Shown here: positions 12,001 to 25,800 of the stretch, in pieces
Position numbering within the stretch: position 1 is the first letter of the stretch
Layout of the letters: every line of letters begins with the position of its first letter
Origin: Eledone cirrhosa
Lineage: Eukaryota
Direction: 5' to 3'
Assembly: GCA_964016885.1 (NCBI GenBank)
Contig: OZ024742.1
Span: 135,284,001 to 135,348,000 of the forward strand
DNA length: 64,000 bases
Translations under genes and position numbers: made by a program
Notes under the pieces: model-generated
Told to the model about the DNA's origin: nothing
What the model saw: only the letters and a program-made list of their open reading frames with translations
Databases searched by the model: none

Positions 12001-15000
12001 TTGAGGTAGAGGTAGTGATGGTGGTGTAGTGCTGTTACTGGTAGTAAGAGTGGTGAGGTAGAGGTAGTGATGGTGGTGTAGTGCTGGTGTTGTAGTGTTG
12101 TTACTGGTAGTAAGAGTGGTGAGGTAGAGGTAGTGATGGTGGTGTAGTGTTGTTACTGGTAGTAAGTGTGGTGAGGTAGAGGTAGTGATGATGGTGTAGT
12201 GTTGTTACTGGTAGTAAGAGTGGTGAGGTAGAGGTAGTGATGGTGGTGTAGTGTTGTTACTGGTAGTAGGAGTGGTGAGGTAGAGATGGTGGTGTAGTGT
12301 TGTTACTGGTAGTAGGAGTGGTGAGGAAGAGGTAGAGATGGTGGTGTAGTGTTGTTACTGGTAGTAGGAGTGGTGAGGTAGAGATGGTGGTGTAGTGTTG
12401 TTACTGGTAGTAGGAGTGGTGAGGTAGAGGTAGTGATGGTGGTGTAGTGTTGTTACTGGTAGTAAGTGTGGTGAGGTAGAGGTAGTGATGTTGTTACTGG
12501 TAGTAGGTGTGGTGAGGTATAGGTAGTGATGGTGGTGTAGTGTTGTTACTGGTAGTAAGTGTGGTGAGGTAGAGGTAGCGATGGTGGTGTAGAGTTGTTA
12601 CTGGTAGTAAGTGTGGTGAGGTAGAGGTAGCGATGGTGGTGTAGTGTTGTTACTGGTAGTAAGTGTGGTGAGGTAGAGGTAGTCATGGTGATGTAGTGTT
12701 GTTACTGGTAGTAAGTGTGGTGAGGTAGAGGTAGTGATGGTGGTGTAGTGTTGTTACTGGTAGTAAGTGTGGTTAGGTAGAGGTAGTGATGGTGGTGTAG
12801 TGATGGTGGTGTAGTGTTGTTACTGGTAGTAAGAATGGTGAGGTAGAGCTAGTGATGGTGGTGTAGTGATGGTGGTGTAGTGTTGTTACTGGTAGTAAGT
12901 GTGGTGAGGTAGAGGTAGTGATGGTGGTGTAGTGTTGTTACTGGTAGTAAGAATGGTGAGGTAGAGGTAGTGATGGTGGTGTAGTGATGGTGGTGTAGTG
13001 TTGTTACTGGTAGTAAGTGTGGTGAGGTAGTGGTAGTGATGGTGGTGTAGTGTTGTTACTGGTAGTAAGTGTGGTGAGGTAGAGGTAGTGATGGTGGTGT
13101 AGTGTTGTTACTGGTAGTAAGAGTGGTGAGGTAGAGGTAGTGATGGTGGTGTAGTGTTGTTACTGGTAGTAAGTGTGGTGAGGTAGAGGTAGTGATGGTG
13201 GTGTAGTGTTGTTACTAGTAGTAAGTGTGGTGAGGTAGAGGTAGTGATGGTGGTATAGTGTTGTTACTGGTAGTAAGTGTGGTGAAGTAGAGGTAGTGAT
13301 GGTGGTGTAGTGTTGTTACTGGTAGTAAGTGTGGTGAGGTAGAGGTAGTGATGGTGGTGTAGTGTTGTTACTGGGAGTAGGAGTCGTGAGGTAGAAGTAG
13401 TGATGGTGGTGTAGTGTTGTTACTGGTAGTAAGTGTGGTGAGGTAGAGGTAGTGATGGTGGTGTAGTGTTGTTACTGGTAGTAAGAGTGGTGAGGTAGAG
13501 GTAGTGATGGTGGTGTAGTGTTGTTACTGGTAGTAAGTGTGGTGAGGTAGAGGTAGTGATGGTGGTGTAGTGTTGTTACTGGTAGTAAGTGTGGTGAGGT
13601 AGAGGTAGTGATGGTGGTATAGTGTTGTTACTGGTAGTAAGTGTGGTGAAGTAGAGGTAGTGATGGTGGTGTAGTGTTGTTACTGGTAGTAAGTGTGGTG
13701 AGGTAGAGGTAGTGATGGTGGTGTAGTGTTGTTACTGGGAGTAGGAGTCGTGAGGTAGAAGTAGTGATGGTGGTGTAGTGTTGTTACTGGTAGTAAGTGT
13801 GGTGAGGTAGAGGTAGTGATGGTGGTGTAGTCTTGTTACTGGTAGTAAGAGTGGTGAGGTAGAGGTAGTGATAGTGGTGTAGTGTTGTTACTGGTAGTAA
13901 GAGTGGTGAGGTAGAGGTAGTGATGGTGGTGTAGTGTTGTTACTGGTAGTAAGAGTGGTGAGGTAGAGGTAGTGATGGTGGTGTAGTGTTGTTACTGGTA
14001 GTAAGTGTGGTGAGGTAGAGGTAGTGATGGTGGTGTAGTGTTGTTACTGGTAGTAAGTGTGGTGAGGTAGAGGTAGTGATGGTGGTGTAGTGTTGTTACT
14101 GGTAGTAAGTGTGGTGAGGTAGAGGTTGTGATGGTGGTGTAGTGTTGTTACTGGTAGTAAGTGTGGTGAGGTAGAGGTAGTGATGGTGGTGTAGTGTTGT
14201 TACTGGTAGTAGGTGTGGTGAGGTAGAGGTAGTGATGGTGGTGTAGTGTTGTTACTGGTAGTAAGTATGGTGAGGTAGAGGTAGTGATGGTGGTGTAGTG
14301 TTGTTACTGGCAGTAGGAGTGGTGAGGTAGAGGTAGTGATGGTGGTGTAGTGTTGTTACTGGTAGTAAGTGTGGTGAGGTAGAGGTAGTGATGGTGGTGT
14401 AGTGTTGTTACTGGTAGTAAGTGAGGTGAGGTCGAGGTAGTGATGGTGGTGTAGTGTTGTTACTGGTAGTAAGAGTGGTGAGGTAGAGGTAGTGATGATG
14501 GTGTAGTGTTGTTACTAGTAGTAAGTGTGGTGAAGTAGAGGTAGTGATGGTGTTGTAGTTTTGTTACTGGTAGTAAGAGTGGTGAGGTAGAGGTAGTGAT
14601 GGTGGTGTAGTGTTGTTACTGGTAGTATGTGTGGTGAGGTAGAGGTAGCGATGGTGGTGTAGTGTTGTTACTGGTAGTATGTGTGGTGAGGTAGAGGTAG
14701 CGATGGTGGTGTAGTGTTGTTACTGGTAGTAAGTGTGGTGAGGTAGGGGTAGTGATGGTGGTGTAGTGTTGTTACTGGTAGTAAGTGTGGTGAGGTAGAG
14801 GTAGAGATGGTGGTGTAGTGTTGTTACTGGTAGTAAGTGTGGTGAGGTAGTGGAAGTGATGGTGGTGTAGTGTTGTTACTGGTAGTAAGTGTGGTGAGGT
14901 AGAGGTAGTGATGGTGGTGTAGTCTTGTTACTGGTAGTAAGAGTGGTGAGGTAGAGGTAGTGATAGTGGTGTAGTGTTGTTACTGGTAGTAAGAGTGGTG

Positions 15001-18000
15001 AGGTAGAGGTAGTGATGGTGGTGTAGTGTTGTTACTGGTAGTAAGAGTGGTGAGGTAGAGGTAGTGATGGTGGTGTAGTGTTGTTACTGGTAGTAAGTGT
15101 GGTGAGGTAGAGGTAGTGATGGTGGTGTAGTGTTGTTACTGGTAGTAAGTGTGGTGAGGTAGAGATAGTGATGGTGGTGTAGTGTTGTTACTGGTAGTAA
15201 GTGTGGTGAGGTAGAGGTTGTGATGGTGGTGTAGTGTTGTTACTGGTAGTAAGTGTGGTGAGGTAGAGGTAGTGATGGTGGTGTAGTGTTGTTACTGGTA
15301 GTAGGTGTGGTGAGGTAGAGGTAGTGATGGTGGTGTAGTGTTGTTACTGGTAGTAAGTGTGGTGAGGTAGAGGTAGTGATGGTGGTGTAGTGTTGTTACT
15401 GGTAGTAGGAGTGGTGAGGTAGAGGTAGTGATGGTGGTGTAGTGTTGTTACTGGTAGTAAGTGTGGTGAGGTAGAGGTAGTGATGGTGGTGTAGTGTTGT
15501 TACTGGTAGTAAGTGAGGTGAGGTCGAGGTAGTGATGGTGGTGTAGTGTTGTTACTGGTAGTAAGAGTGGTGAGGTAGAGGTAGTGATGATGGTGTAGTG
15601 TTGTTACTAGTAGTAAGTGTGGTGAAGTAGAGGTAGTGATGGTGTTGTAGTTTTGTTACTGGTAGTAAGAGTGGTGAGGTAGAGGTAGTGATGGTGGTGT
15701 AGTGTTGTTACTGGTAGTAAGAGTGGTGAGGTAGTGGTAGTGATGGTGGTGTAGTGTTGTTACTGGTAGTAAGTGTGGTGAGGTAGAGGTAGTGATGGTG
15801 GTGTAGTGTTGTTACTGGTAGTAAGTGTGGTGAGGTAGAGGTAGTGATGGTGGTGTAGTGTTGTTACTGGTAGTAAGAGTGGTGAGGTAGAGGTAGAGAT
15901 GGTGGTGTAGTGTTGTTACTGGTAGTAAGAGTGGTTAGGTAGAGGTAGTGATGGTAGTGTAGTGTTGTTACTGGTAGTAAGAGTGGTTAGGTAGAGGTGG
16001 TGATGGTGGTGTAGTGTTGTTACTGGTAGTAAGAGTGGTTAGGTAGAGGTAGTGATGGTGGTGTAGTGTTGTTACTGGTAGTAAGAGTGGTTAGGTAGAG
16101 GTAGTGATGGTGGTGTAGTGTTGTTACTGGTAGTAAGAGTGGTTAGGTAGAGGTAGTGATGGTGGTGTAGTGTTGTTACTGGTAGTAAGTGTGGTGAGGT
16201 AGAGGTAGTGATGGTGGTGTAGTGTTGTTACAGGTAGTAGGTGTGGTGAGGTAGAGGTAGTGGTGGTGGTGTAGTGTTGTTACTGGTAGTAAGTGTGGTA
16301 AGGTAGAGGTAGTGATGGTGGTGTAGTGTTGTTACTGGTAGTAATTTTGTTGAGGTAGAGGTAGTGATGGTGGTGTAGTGCTGTTACTGGTAGTAAGAGT
16401 GGTGAGGTAGAGGTAGTGATGGTGGTGTAGTGCTGGTGTTGTAGTGTTGTTACTGGTAGTAAGAGTGGTGAGGTAGAGGTAGTGATGGTGGTGTAGTGTT
16501 GTTACTGGTAGTAAGTGTGGTGAGGTAGAGGTAGCGATGGTGGTGTAGTGTTGTTACTGGTAGTAAGTGTGGTGAGGTAGAGGTAGTCATGGTGATGTAG
16601 TGTTGTTACTGGTAGTAAGTGTGGTGAGGTAGAGGTAGTGATGGTGGTATAGTGTTGTTACTGGTAGTAAGTGTGGTGAGGTAGAGGTAGTGATGGTGGT
16701 GTAGTGTTGTTACTGGTAGTAAGTGTGGTTAGGTAGAGGTAGTGATGGTGGTGTAGTGATGGTGGTGTAGTGTTGTTACTGGTAGTAAGAATGGTGAGGT
16801 AGAGCTAGTGATGGTGGTGTAGTGATGGTGGTGTAGTGTTGTTACTGGTAGTAAGTGTGGTGAGGTAGAGGTAGTGATGGTGGTGTAGTGTTGTTACTGG
16901 TAGTAAGAATAGTGAGGTAGAGGTAGTGATGGTGGTGTAGTGATGGTGGTGTAGTGTTGTTACTGGTAGTAAGTGTGGTGAGGTAGTGGTAGTGATGGTG
17001 GTGTAGTGTTGTTACTGGTAGTAAGTGTGGTGAGGTAGAGGTAGTGATGGTGGTGTAGTGTTGTTACTGGTAGTAAGAGTGGTGAGGTAGAGGTAGTGAT
17101 GGTGGTATAGTGTTGTTACTGGTAGTAAGTGTGGTGAAGTAGAGGTAGTGATGGTGGTGTAGTGTTGTTACTGGTAGTAAGTGTGGTGAGGTAGAGGTAG
17201 TGATGGTGGTGTAGTGTTGTTACTGGTAGTAGGTGTGGTGAGGCAGAGGTAGTGATGGTGGTGTAGTGTTGTTACTGGTAGTAAGTGTGGTGAGGTAGAG
17301 GTAGTGATGGTGGTGTAGTGTTGTTACTGGTAGTAGGAGTGGTGAGGTAGAGGTAGTGATGGTGGTGTAGTGTTGTTACTGGTAGTAAGTGTGGTGAGGT
17401 AGAGGTTGTGATGGTGGTGTAGTGTTGTTACTGGTAGTAAGTGAGGTGAGGTCGAGGTAGTGATGGTGGTGTAGTGTTGTTACTGGTAGTAAGAGTGGTG
17501 AGGTAGAGGTAGTGATGATGGTGTAGTGTTGTTACTAGTAGTAAGTGTGGTGAAGTAGAGGTAGTGATGGTGTTGTAGTTTTGTTACTGGTAGTAAGAGT
17601 GGTGAGGTAGAGGTAGTGATGGTGGTGTAGTGTTGTTACTGGTAGTATGTGTGGTGAGGTAGAGGTAGCGATGGTGGTGTAGTGTTGTTACTGGTAGTAT
17701 GTGTGGTGAGGTAGTGGTAGTGATGGTGGTGTAGTGTTGTTACTGGTAGTATGTGTGGTGAGGTAGAGGTAGCGATGGTGGTGTAGTGTTGTTACTGGTA
17801 GTAAGTGTGGTGAGGTAGTGGTAGTGATGGTGGTGTAGTGTTGTTACTGGTAGTATGTGTGGTGAGGTAGAGGTAGCGATGGTGGTGTAGTGTTGTTACT
17901 GGTAGTATGTGTGGTGAGGTAGAGGTAGCGATGGTGGTGTAGTGTTGTTACTGGTAGTAAGTGTGGTGAGGTAGGGGTAGTGATGGTGGTGTAGTGTTGT

Positions 18001-21000
18001 TACTGGTAGTAAGTGTGGTGAGGTAGAGGTAGAGATGGTGGTGTAGTGTTGTTACTGGTAGTAAGTGTGGTGAGGTAGTGGAAGTGATGGTGGTGTAGTG
18101 TTGTTACTGGTAGTAAGTGTGGTGAGGTAGAGGTAGTGATGGTGGTGTAGTCTTGTTACTGGTAGTAAGAGTGGTGAGGTAGAGGTAGTGATAGTGGTGT
18201 AGTGTTGTTACTGGTAGTAAGAGTGGTGAGGTAGAGGTAGTGATGGTGGTGTAGTGTTGTTACTGGTAGTAAGAGTGGTGAGGTAGAGGTAGTGATGGTG
18301 GTGTAGTGTTGTTACTGGTAGTAAGTGTGGTGAGGTAGAGGTAGTGATGGTGGTGTAGTGTTGTTACTGGTAGTAAGTGTGGTGAGGTAGAGGTAGTGAT
18401 GGTGGTGTAGTGTTGTTACTGGTAGTAAGTGTGGTGAGGTAGAGGTTGTGATGGTGGTGTAGTGTTGTTACTGGTAGTAAGTGTGGTGAGGTAGAGGTAG
18501 TGATGGTGGTGTAGTGTTGTTACTGGTAGTAGGTGTGGTGAGGTAGAGGTAGTGATGGTGGTGTAGTGTTGTTACTGGTAGTAAGTGTGGTGAGGTAGAG
18601 GTAGTGATGGTGGTGTAGTGTTGTTACTGGTAGTAGGAGTGGTGAGGTAGAGGTAGTGATGGTGGTGTAGTGTTGTTACTGGTAGTAAGTGTGGTGAGGT
18701 AGAGGTAGTGATGGTGGTGTAGTGTTGTTACTGGTAGTAAGTGAGGTGAGGTCGAGGTAGTGATGGTGGTGTAGTGTTGTTACTGGTAGTAAGAGTGGTG
18801 AGGTAGAGGTAGTGATGATGGTGTAGTGTTGTTACTAGTAGTAAGTGTGGTGAAGTAGAGGTAGTGATGGTGTTGTAGTTTTGTTACTGGTAGTAAGAGT
18901 GGTGAGGTAGAGGTAGTGATGGTGGTGTAGTGTTGTTACTGGTAGTAAGAGTGGTGAGGTAGTGGTATTGATGGTGGTGTAGTGTTGTTACTGGTAGTAA
19001 GTGTGGTGAGGTAGAGGTAGTGATGGTGGTGTAGTGTTGTTACTGGTAGTAAGTGTGGTGAGGTAGAGGTAGTGATGGTGGTGTAGTGTTGTTACTGGTA
19101 GTAAGAGTGGTGAGGTAGAGGTAGAGATGGTGGTGTAGTGTTGTTACTGGTAGTAAGAGTGGTTAGGTAGAGGTAGTGATGGTAGTGTAGTGTTGTTACT
19201 GGTAGTAAGAGTGGTTAGGTAGAGGTGGTGATGGTGGTGTAGTGTTGTTACTGGTAGTAAGAGTGGTTAGGTAGAGGTAGTGATGGTGGTGTAGTGTTGT
19301 TACTGGTAGTAAGAGTGGTTAGGTAGAGGTAGTGATGGTGGTGTAGTGTTGTTACTGGTAGTAAGAGTGGTTAGGTAGAGGTAGTGATGGTGGTGTAGTG
19401 TTGTTACTGGTAGTAAGTGTGGTGAGGTAGAGGTAGTGATGGTGGTGTAGTGTTGTTACAGGTAGTAGGTGTGGTGAGGTAGAGGTAGTGGTGGTGGTGT
19501 AGTGTTGTTACTGGTAGTAAGTGTGGTAAGGTAGAGGTAGTGATGGTGGTGTAGTGTTGTTACTGGTAGTAATTTTGTTGAGGTAGAGGTAGTGATGGTG
19601 GTGTAGTGCTGTTACTGGTAGTAAGAGTGGTGAGGTAGAGGTAGTGATGGTGGTGTAGTGCTGGTGTTGTAGTGTTGTTACTGGTAGTAAGAGTGGTGAG
19701 GTAGAGGTAGTGATGGTGGTGTAGTGTTGTTACTGGTAGTAAGTGTGGTGAGGTAGAGGTAGTGATGATGGTGTAGTGTTGTTACTGGTAGTAAGAGTGG
19801 TGAGGTAGAGGTAGTGATGGTGGTGTAGTGTTGTTACTGGTAGTAGGAGTGGTGAGGTAGAGATGGTGGTGTAGTGTTGTTACTGGTAGTAGGAGTGGTG
19901 AGGTAGAGGTAGTGATGGTGGTGTAGTGTTGTTACTGGTAGTAGGAGTGGTGAGGTAGAGATGGTGGTGTAGTGTTGTTACTGGTAGTAGGAGTGGTGAG
20001 GTAGAGGTAGTGATGGTGGTGTAGTGTTGTTACTGGTAGTAAGTGTGGTGAGGTAGAGGTAGTGATGTTGTTACTGGTAGTAGGTGTGGTGAGGTATAGG
20101 TAGTGATGGTGGTGTAGTGTTGTTACTGGTAGTAAGTGTGGTGAGGTAGAGGTAGCGATGGTGGTGTAGTGTTGTTACTGGTAGTAAGTGTGGTGAGGTA
20201 GAGGTAGCGATGGTGGTGTAGTGTTGTTACTGGTAGTAAGTGTTGTGAGGTAGAGGTAGTCATGGTGGTGTAGTGTTGTTACTGGTAGTAAGTGTGGTGA
20301 GGTAGAGGTAGTGATGGTGGTATAGTGTTGTTACTGGTAGTAAGTGTGGTGAGGTAGAGGTAGTGATGGTGGTGTAGTGTTGTTACTGGTAGTAAGTGTG
20401 GTTAGGTAGAGGTAGTGATGGTGGTGTAGTGATGGTGGTGTAGTGTTGTTACTGGTAGTAAGAATGGTGAGGTAGAGGTAGTGATGGTGGTGTAGTGTTG
20501 TTACTGGTAGTAAGAGTGGTTAGGTAGAGGTAGTGATGGTGGTGTAGTGTTGTTACTGGTAGTAAGAGTGGTTAGGTAGAGGTAGTGATGGTGGTGTAGT
20601 GTTGTTACTGGTAGTAAGAGTGGTTAGGTAGAGGTAGTGATGGTGGTGTTATGTTGTTACTGGTAGTAAGTGTGGTGAGGTAGAGGTAGTGATGGTGGTG
20701 TAGTGTTGTTACAGGTAGTAGGTGTGGTGAGGTAGAGGTAGTGGTGGTGGTGTAGTGTTGTTACTGGTAGTAAGAGTGGTTAGGTAGAGGTAGTGATTGT
20801 GGTGTAGTGTTGTTACTGGTAGTAAGAGTGGTTAGCTAGAGGTAGTGATGGTGGTGTAGTGTTGTTACTGGTAGTAAGTGTGGTGAGGTAGAGGTAGTGA
20901 TGGTGGTGTAGTGTTGTTACAGGTAGTAGGTGTGGTGAGGTAGAGGTAGTGGTGGTGGCGTAGTGTTGTTACTGGTAGTAAGTGTGGTAAGGTAGAGGTA

Positions 21001-24000
21001 GTGATGGTGGTGTAGTGTTGTTACTGGTAGTAATTTTGTTGAGGTAGAGGTAGTGATGGTGGTGTAGTGCTGTTACTGGTAGTAAGAGTGGTGAGGTAGA
21101 GGTAGTGATGGTGGTGTAGTGCTGGTGTTGTAGCGTTGTTACTTGTAGTAAGAGTGGTGAGGTAGAGGTAGTGATGGTGGTGTAGTGTTGTTACTGGTAG
21201 TAAGTGTGGTGAGGTAGAGGTAGTGATGATGGTGTAGTGTTGTTACTGGTAGTAAGAGTGGTGAGGTAGAGGTAGTGATGGTGGTGTAGTGTTGTTACTG
21301 GTAGTAGGAGTGGTGAGGTAGAGATGGTGGTGTAGTGTTGTTACTGGTAGTAGGAGTGGTGAGGAAGAGGTAGAGATGGTGGTGTAGTGTTGTTACTGGT
21401 AGTAGGAGTGGTGAGGTAGAGATGGTGGTGTAGTGTTGTTACTGGTAGTAGGAGTGGTGAGGTAGAGGTAGTGATGGTGGTGTAGTGTTGTTACTGGTAG
21501 TAAGTGTGGTGAGGTAGAGGTAGTGATGTTGTTACTGGTAGTAGGTGTGGTGAGGTATAGGTAGTGATGGTGGTGTAGTGTTGTTACTGGTAGTAAGTGT
21601 GGTGAGGTAGAGGTAGCGATGGTGGTGTAGTGTTGTTACTGGTAGTAAGTGTGGTGAGGTAGAGGTAGCGATGGTGGTGTAGTGTTGTTACTGGTAGTAA
21701 GTGTGGTGAGGTAGAGGTAGTCATGGTGGTGTAGTGTTGTTACTGGTAGTAAGTGTGGTGAGGTAGAGGTAGTGATGGTGGTATAGTGTTGTTACTGGTA
21801 GTAAGTGTGGTGAGGTAGAGGTAGTGATGGTGGTGTAGTGTTGTTACTGGTAGTAAGTGTGGTTAGGTAGAGGTAGTGATGGTGGTGTAGTGATGGTGGT
21901 GTAGTGTTGTTACTGGTAGTAAGAATGGTGAGGTAGAGGTAGTGATGGTGGTGTAGTGATGGTGGTGTAGTGATGGTGGTGTAGTGTTGTTACTGGTAGT
22001 AAGAATGGTGAGGTAGAGGTAGTGATGGTGGTGTAGTGATGGTGGTGTAGTGTTGTTACTGGTAGTAAGTGTGGTGAGGTAGAGGTAGTGATGGTGGTGT
22101 AGTGTTGTTACTGGTAGTAAGAATGGTGAGGTAGAGGTAGTGATGGTGGTGTAATGATGGTGGTGTAGTGTTGTTACTGTTAGTAAGTGTGGTGAGGTAG
22201 TGGTAGTGATGGTGGTGTAGTGTTGTTACTGGTAGTAAGTGTGGTGAGGTAGAGGTAGTGATGGTGGTGTAGTGTTGTTACTGTTAGTAAGAGTGGTGAG
22301 GTAGAGGTAGTGATGGTGGTATAGTGTTGTTACTGGTAGTAAGTGTGGTGAAGTAGAGGTAGTGATGGTGGTGTAGTGTTGTTACTGGTAGTAAGTGTGG
22401 TGAGGTAGAGGTAGTGATGGTGGTGTAGTGTTGTTACTGGGAGTAGGAGTGGTGAGGTAGAAGTAGTGATGGTGGTGTAGTGTTGTTACTGGTAGTAAGT
22501 GTGGTGAGGTAGAGGTAGTGATGGTGGTGTAGTCTTGTTACTGGTAGTAAGAGTGGTGAGGTAGAGGTAGTGATAGTGGTGTAGTGTTGTTACTGGTAGT
22601 AAGAGTGGTGAGGTAGAGGTAGTGATGGTGGTGTAGTGTTGTTACTGGTAGTAAGAGTGGTGAGGTAGAGGTAGTGATGGTGGTGTAGTGTTGTTACTGG
22701 TAGTAAGTGTGGTGAGGTAGAGGTAGTGATGGTGGTGTAGTGTTGTTACTGGTAGTAAGTGTGGTGAGGTAGAGGTAGTGATGGTGGTGTAGTGTTGTTA
22801 CTGGTAGTAAGTGTGGTGAGGTAGAGGTAGAGATGGTGGTGTAGTGTTGTTACTGGTAGTAAGTGTGGTGAGGTAGAGGTAGTGATGGTGGTGTAGTGTT
22901 GTTACTGGTAGTAGGTGTGGTGAGGTAGAGGTATTGATGGTGGTGTAGTGTTGTTACTGGTAGTAAGTGTGGTGAGGTAGAGGTAGTGATGGTGGTGTAG
23001 TGTTGTTACTGGTAGTAGGAGTGGTGAGGTAGAGGTAGTGATGGTGGTGTAGTGTTGTTACTGGTAGTAAGTGTGGTGAGGTAGAGGTAGTGATGGTGGT
23101 GTAGTGTTGTTACTGGTAGTAAGTGAGGTGAGGTAGTGGTAGTGATGGTGGTGTAGTGTTGTTACTGGTAGTAAGTGTGGTGAGGTAGAGGTAGTGATGG
23201 TGGTGTAGTGTTGTTACTGGTAGTAAGAGTGGTGAGGTAGAGGTAGTGATGATGGTGTAGTGTTGTTACTAGTAGTAAGTGTGGTGAAGTAGAGGTATTG
23301 ATGGTGTTGTAGTTTTGTTACTGGTAGTATGTGTGGTGAGGTAGAGGTAGCGATGGTGGTGTAGTGTTGTTACTGGTAGTAAGTGTGGTGAGGTAGGGGT
23401 AGTGATGGTGGTGTAGTGTTGTTACTGGTAGTAAGTGTGGTGAGGTAGAAGTAGTGATGGTGGTGTAGTGTTGTTACTGGTAGTAAGTGTGGTGAGGTAG
23501 AAGTAGTGATGGTGGTGTAGTGTTGTTACTGGTAGTAAGAGTGGTGAGGTAGAGGTAGTGATGGTGGTGTAGTGTTGTTACTGGTAGTAAGTGTGGTGAG
23601 GTAGGGGTAGTGATGGTGGTGTAGTGTTGTTACTCGTAGTAAGTGTGGTGAGGTAGAAGTAGTGATGGTGGTGTAGTGTTGTTACTGGTAGTAAGAGTGG
23701 TGAGGTAGAGGTAGTGATGGTGGTGTAGTGATGGTGTTGTAGTGTTGTTACTCGTAGTAAGAATGGTGAGGTAGAGGTAGTGATGGTGGTGTAGTGTTGT
23801 TACTGGTAGTAAGTGTGGTGAGGTAGTGGTAGTGATGGTGGTGTAGTGTTGTTACTGGTAGTAAGTGTGGTGAGGTATAGGTAGTGATGGTGGTGTAGTG
23901 TTGTTACTGGTAGTAAGAGTGGTGAGGTAGAGGTAGTGATGGTGGTGTAGTGTTGTTACTGATAGTAGGTGTGGTGAGGTAGATGTAGTGATGGTGGTGT

Positions 24001-25547
24001 AGTGTTGTTACTGGTAGTAAGTGTGGTGAGGTAGTGGTAGTGATGGTGGTGTAGTGTTGTTACTGGTAGTAAGAGTGGTGAGGTAGAGGTAGTGATGGTG
24101 GTGTAGTGTTGTTACTGATAGTAGGTGTGGTGAGGTAGATGTAGTGATGGTGGTGTAGTGTTGTTACTGGTAGTAGGTGTGGTGGGGTAGATGTAGTGAT
24201 GGTGGTGTAGTGTTGTTACTGGTAGTAGGAGTGGTGAGGTAGAGGTAGTGATGGTGGTATAGTGTTGTTACTGGTAGTAAGTGTGGTGAAGTAGAGGTAC
24301 TGATGGTGGTGTAGTGTTGTTACTGGGAGTAGGAGTGGTGAGGTAGAAGTAGTGATTGTGGTGTAGTGTTGTTACTGGTAGTAAGAGTGGTGAGGTAGAG
24401 GTAGTGATGGTGGTGTAGTGTTGTTACTGGTAGTAAGAGAGGTGAGGTAGTGTTAGTGATGGTGGTGTAGTGTTGTTACTGGTAGTAAGTGTGGTGAGGT
24501 AGAGGTAGTGATGGTGGTGTAGTGTTGTTACTGGTAGTAAGTGTGGTGAGGTAGAGGTAGTGATGGTGGTGTAGTGTTGTTACTGTTAGTAGGTGTGGTG
24601 AGGTAGAGGTAGCGATGGTGGTGTAGTGTTGTTACTGGTAGTAAGAGTGGTGAGGTAGTGGTAGTGATGGTGGTGTAGTGTTGTTACTGGTAGTAAGTGT
24701 GGTGAGGTAGAGGTAGTGATGGTGGTGTAGTGTTGTTACTGGTAGTAAGTGTGGTTAGGTAGAGGTAGTGATGGAGGTGTAGTGTTGTTACTGGTAGTAA
24801 GAGTGGTTAGGTAGAGGTAGTGATGGTGGTGTAGTGTTGTTACTGGTAGTAAGAGTGGTTAGGTAGAGGTAGTGATGGTGGTGTAGTGTTGTTACTGGTA
24901 GTAAGTGTGGTGAGGTAGAGGTAGTGATGGTGGTGTAGTGTTGTTACAGGTAGTAGGTGTGGTGAGGTAGAGGTAGTGGTGGTGGTGTAGTGTTTTTACT
25001 GGTAGTAAGAGTGGTTAGGTAGAGGTAGTGATGGTGGTGTAGTGTTGTTACTGGTAGTAAGAGTGGTTAGGTAGAGGTAGTGATGGTGGTGTAGTGTTGT
25101 TACTGGTAGTAAGTGTGGTGAGGTAGAGGTAGTGATGGTGGTGTAGTGTTGTTACAGGTAGTAGGTGTGGTGAGGTAGAGGTAGTGGTGGTGGTGTAGTG
25201 TTGTTACTGGTAGTAAGTGTGGTAAGGTAGAGGTAGTGATGGTGGTGTAGTGTTGTTACTGGTAGTAATTTTGTTGAGGTAGAGGTAGTGATGGTGGTGT
25301 AGTGCTGTTACTGGTAGTAAGAGTGGTGAGGTAGAGGTAGTGATGGTGGTGTAGTGCTGGTGTTGTAGTGTTGTTACTGGTAGTAAGTGTGGTGAGGTAG
25401 AGGTAGTGATGGTGGTGTAGTGTTGTTACTGGTAGTAAGAGTGGTGAGGTAGAGGTAGTGATTGTGGTGTAGTGTTGTTACTGGTAGTAAGAGTGGTGAG
25501 GTAGAGGTGGTGATGGTAGTGTAGTGTTGTTACTGGTAGTAAGTGGT
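1..25547. repeat. 52-bp tandem satellite array (~490 units), runs off the left window edge
   Basis: Consensus GGTAGTGATGGTGGTGTAGTGTTGTTACTGGTAGTAAGTGTGGTGAGGTAGA recurs at 1, 53, 105 and onward. Variants carry 6-bp or 11-bp deletions and 14-bp internal duplications. Ends abruptly at ...gtagtaagtggt|gattgaccgg. Confidence 0.99.
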
Positions 25548-25738
25548 GATTGACCGGCGAGAAATAGCCGCACATGTCACATGTAAATACACAACAATGT
25601 CTTGAAGAATGCAATGCCTGATAAAAAGGTGTAACAGTATTAGATGAAATTCCTTCGATCATACAGCTGACATGTTTACCCACTGCGGACTAAGGTAAGC
25701 CTAAATCGTTAAAATAACAACAAAATACTAATAAAAAA

Positions 25739-25800
25739 GCATGTGGCTACATGGTTAGAGCACCGGATTCAGAATTGTGGGCTTGTGAGTTCGGCACTCA
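25739..25800 (+). mobile_element. Degenerate tRNA-derived SINE head fragment
   Basis: gcatgtggctacatggttagagcaccggattc...gtgagttcgg has A-box and B-box-like motifs and resembles the SINE head at 54563-54779 (minus strand). Confidence 0.45.

Noticed and set aside
1-25547. CRISPR-like array or telomeric repeat (some variants contain TTAGG)
   Set aside because: There are no unique spacers and no cas genes. TTAGG is an isolated substitution variant inside a 52-mer, not a tandem telomere repeat.
25426-25683. ORF containing FTCDMCGYFSPVNHHL, superficially a C2H2 zinc finger
   Set aside because: It is a single half-motif with no correctly spaced histidines or linker, and its C-terminal half is read from the satellite.
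25684-25700. Plus-strand donor-like AAG|GTAAGC
   Set aside because: All three plus frames hit stops within ~120 bp upstream and no clear acceptor was found; unsupported without RNA data.
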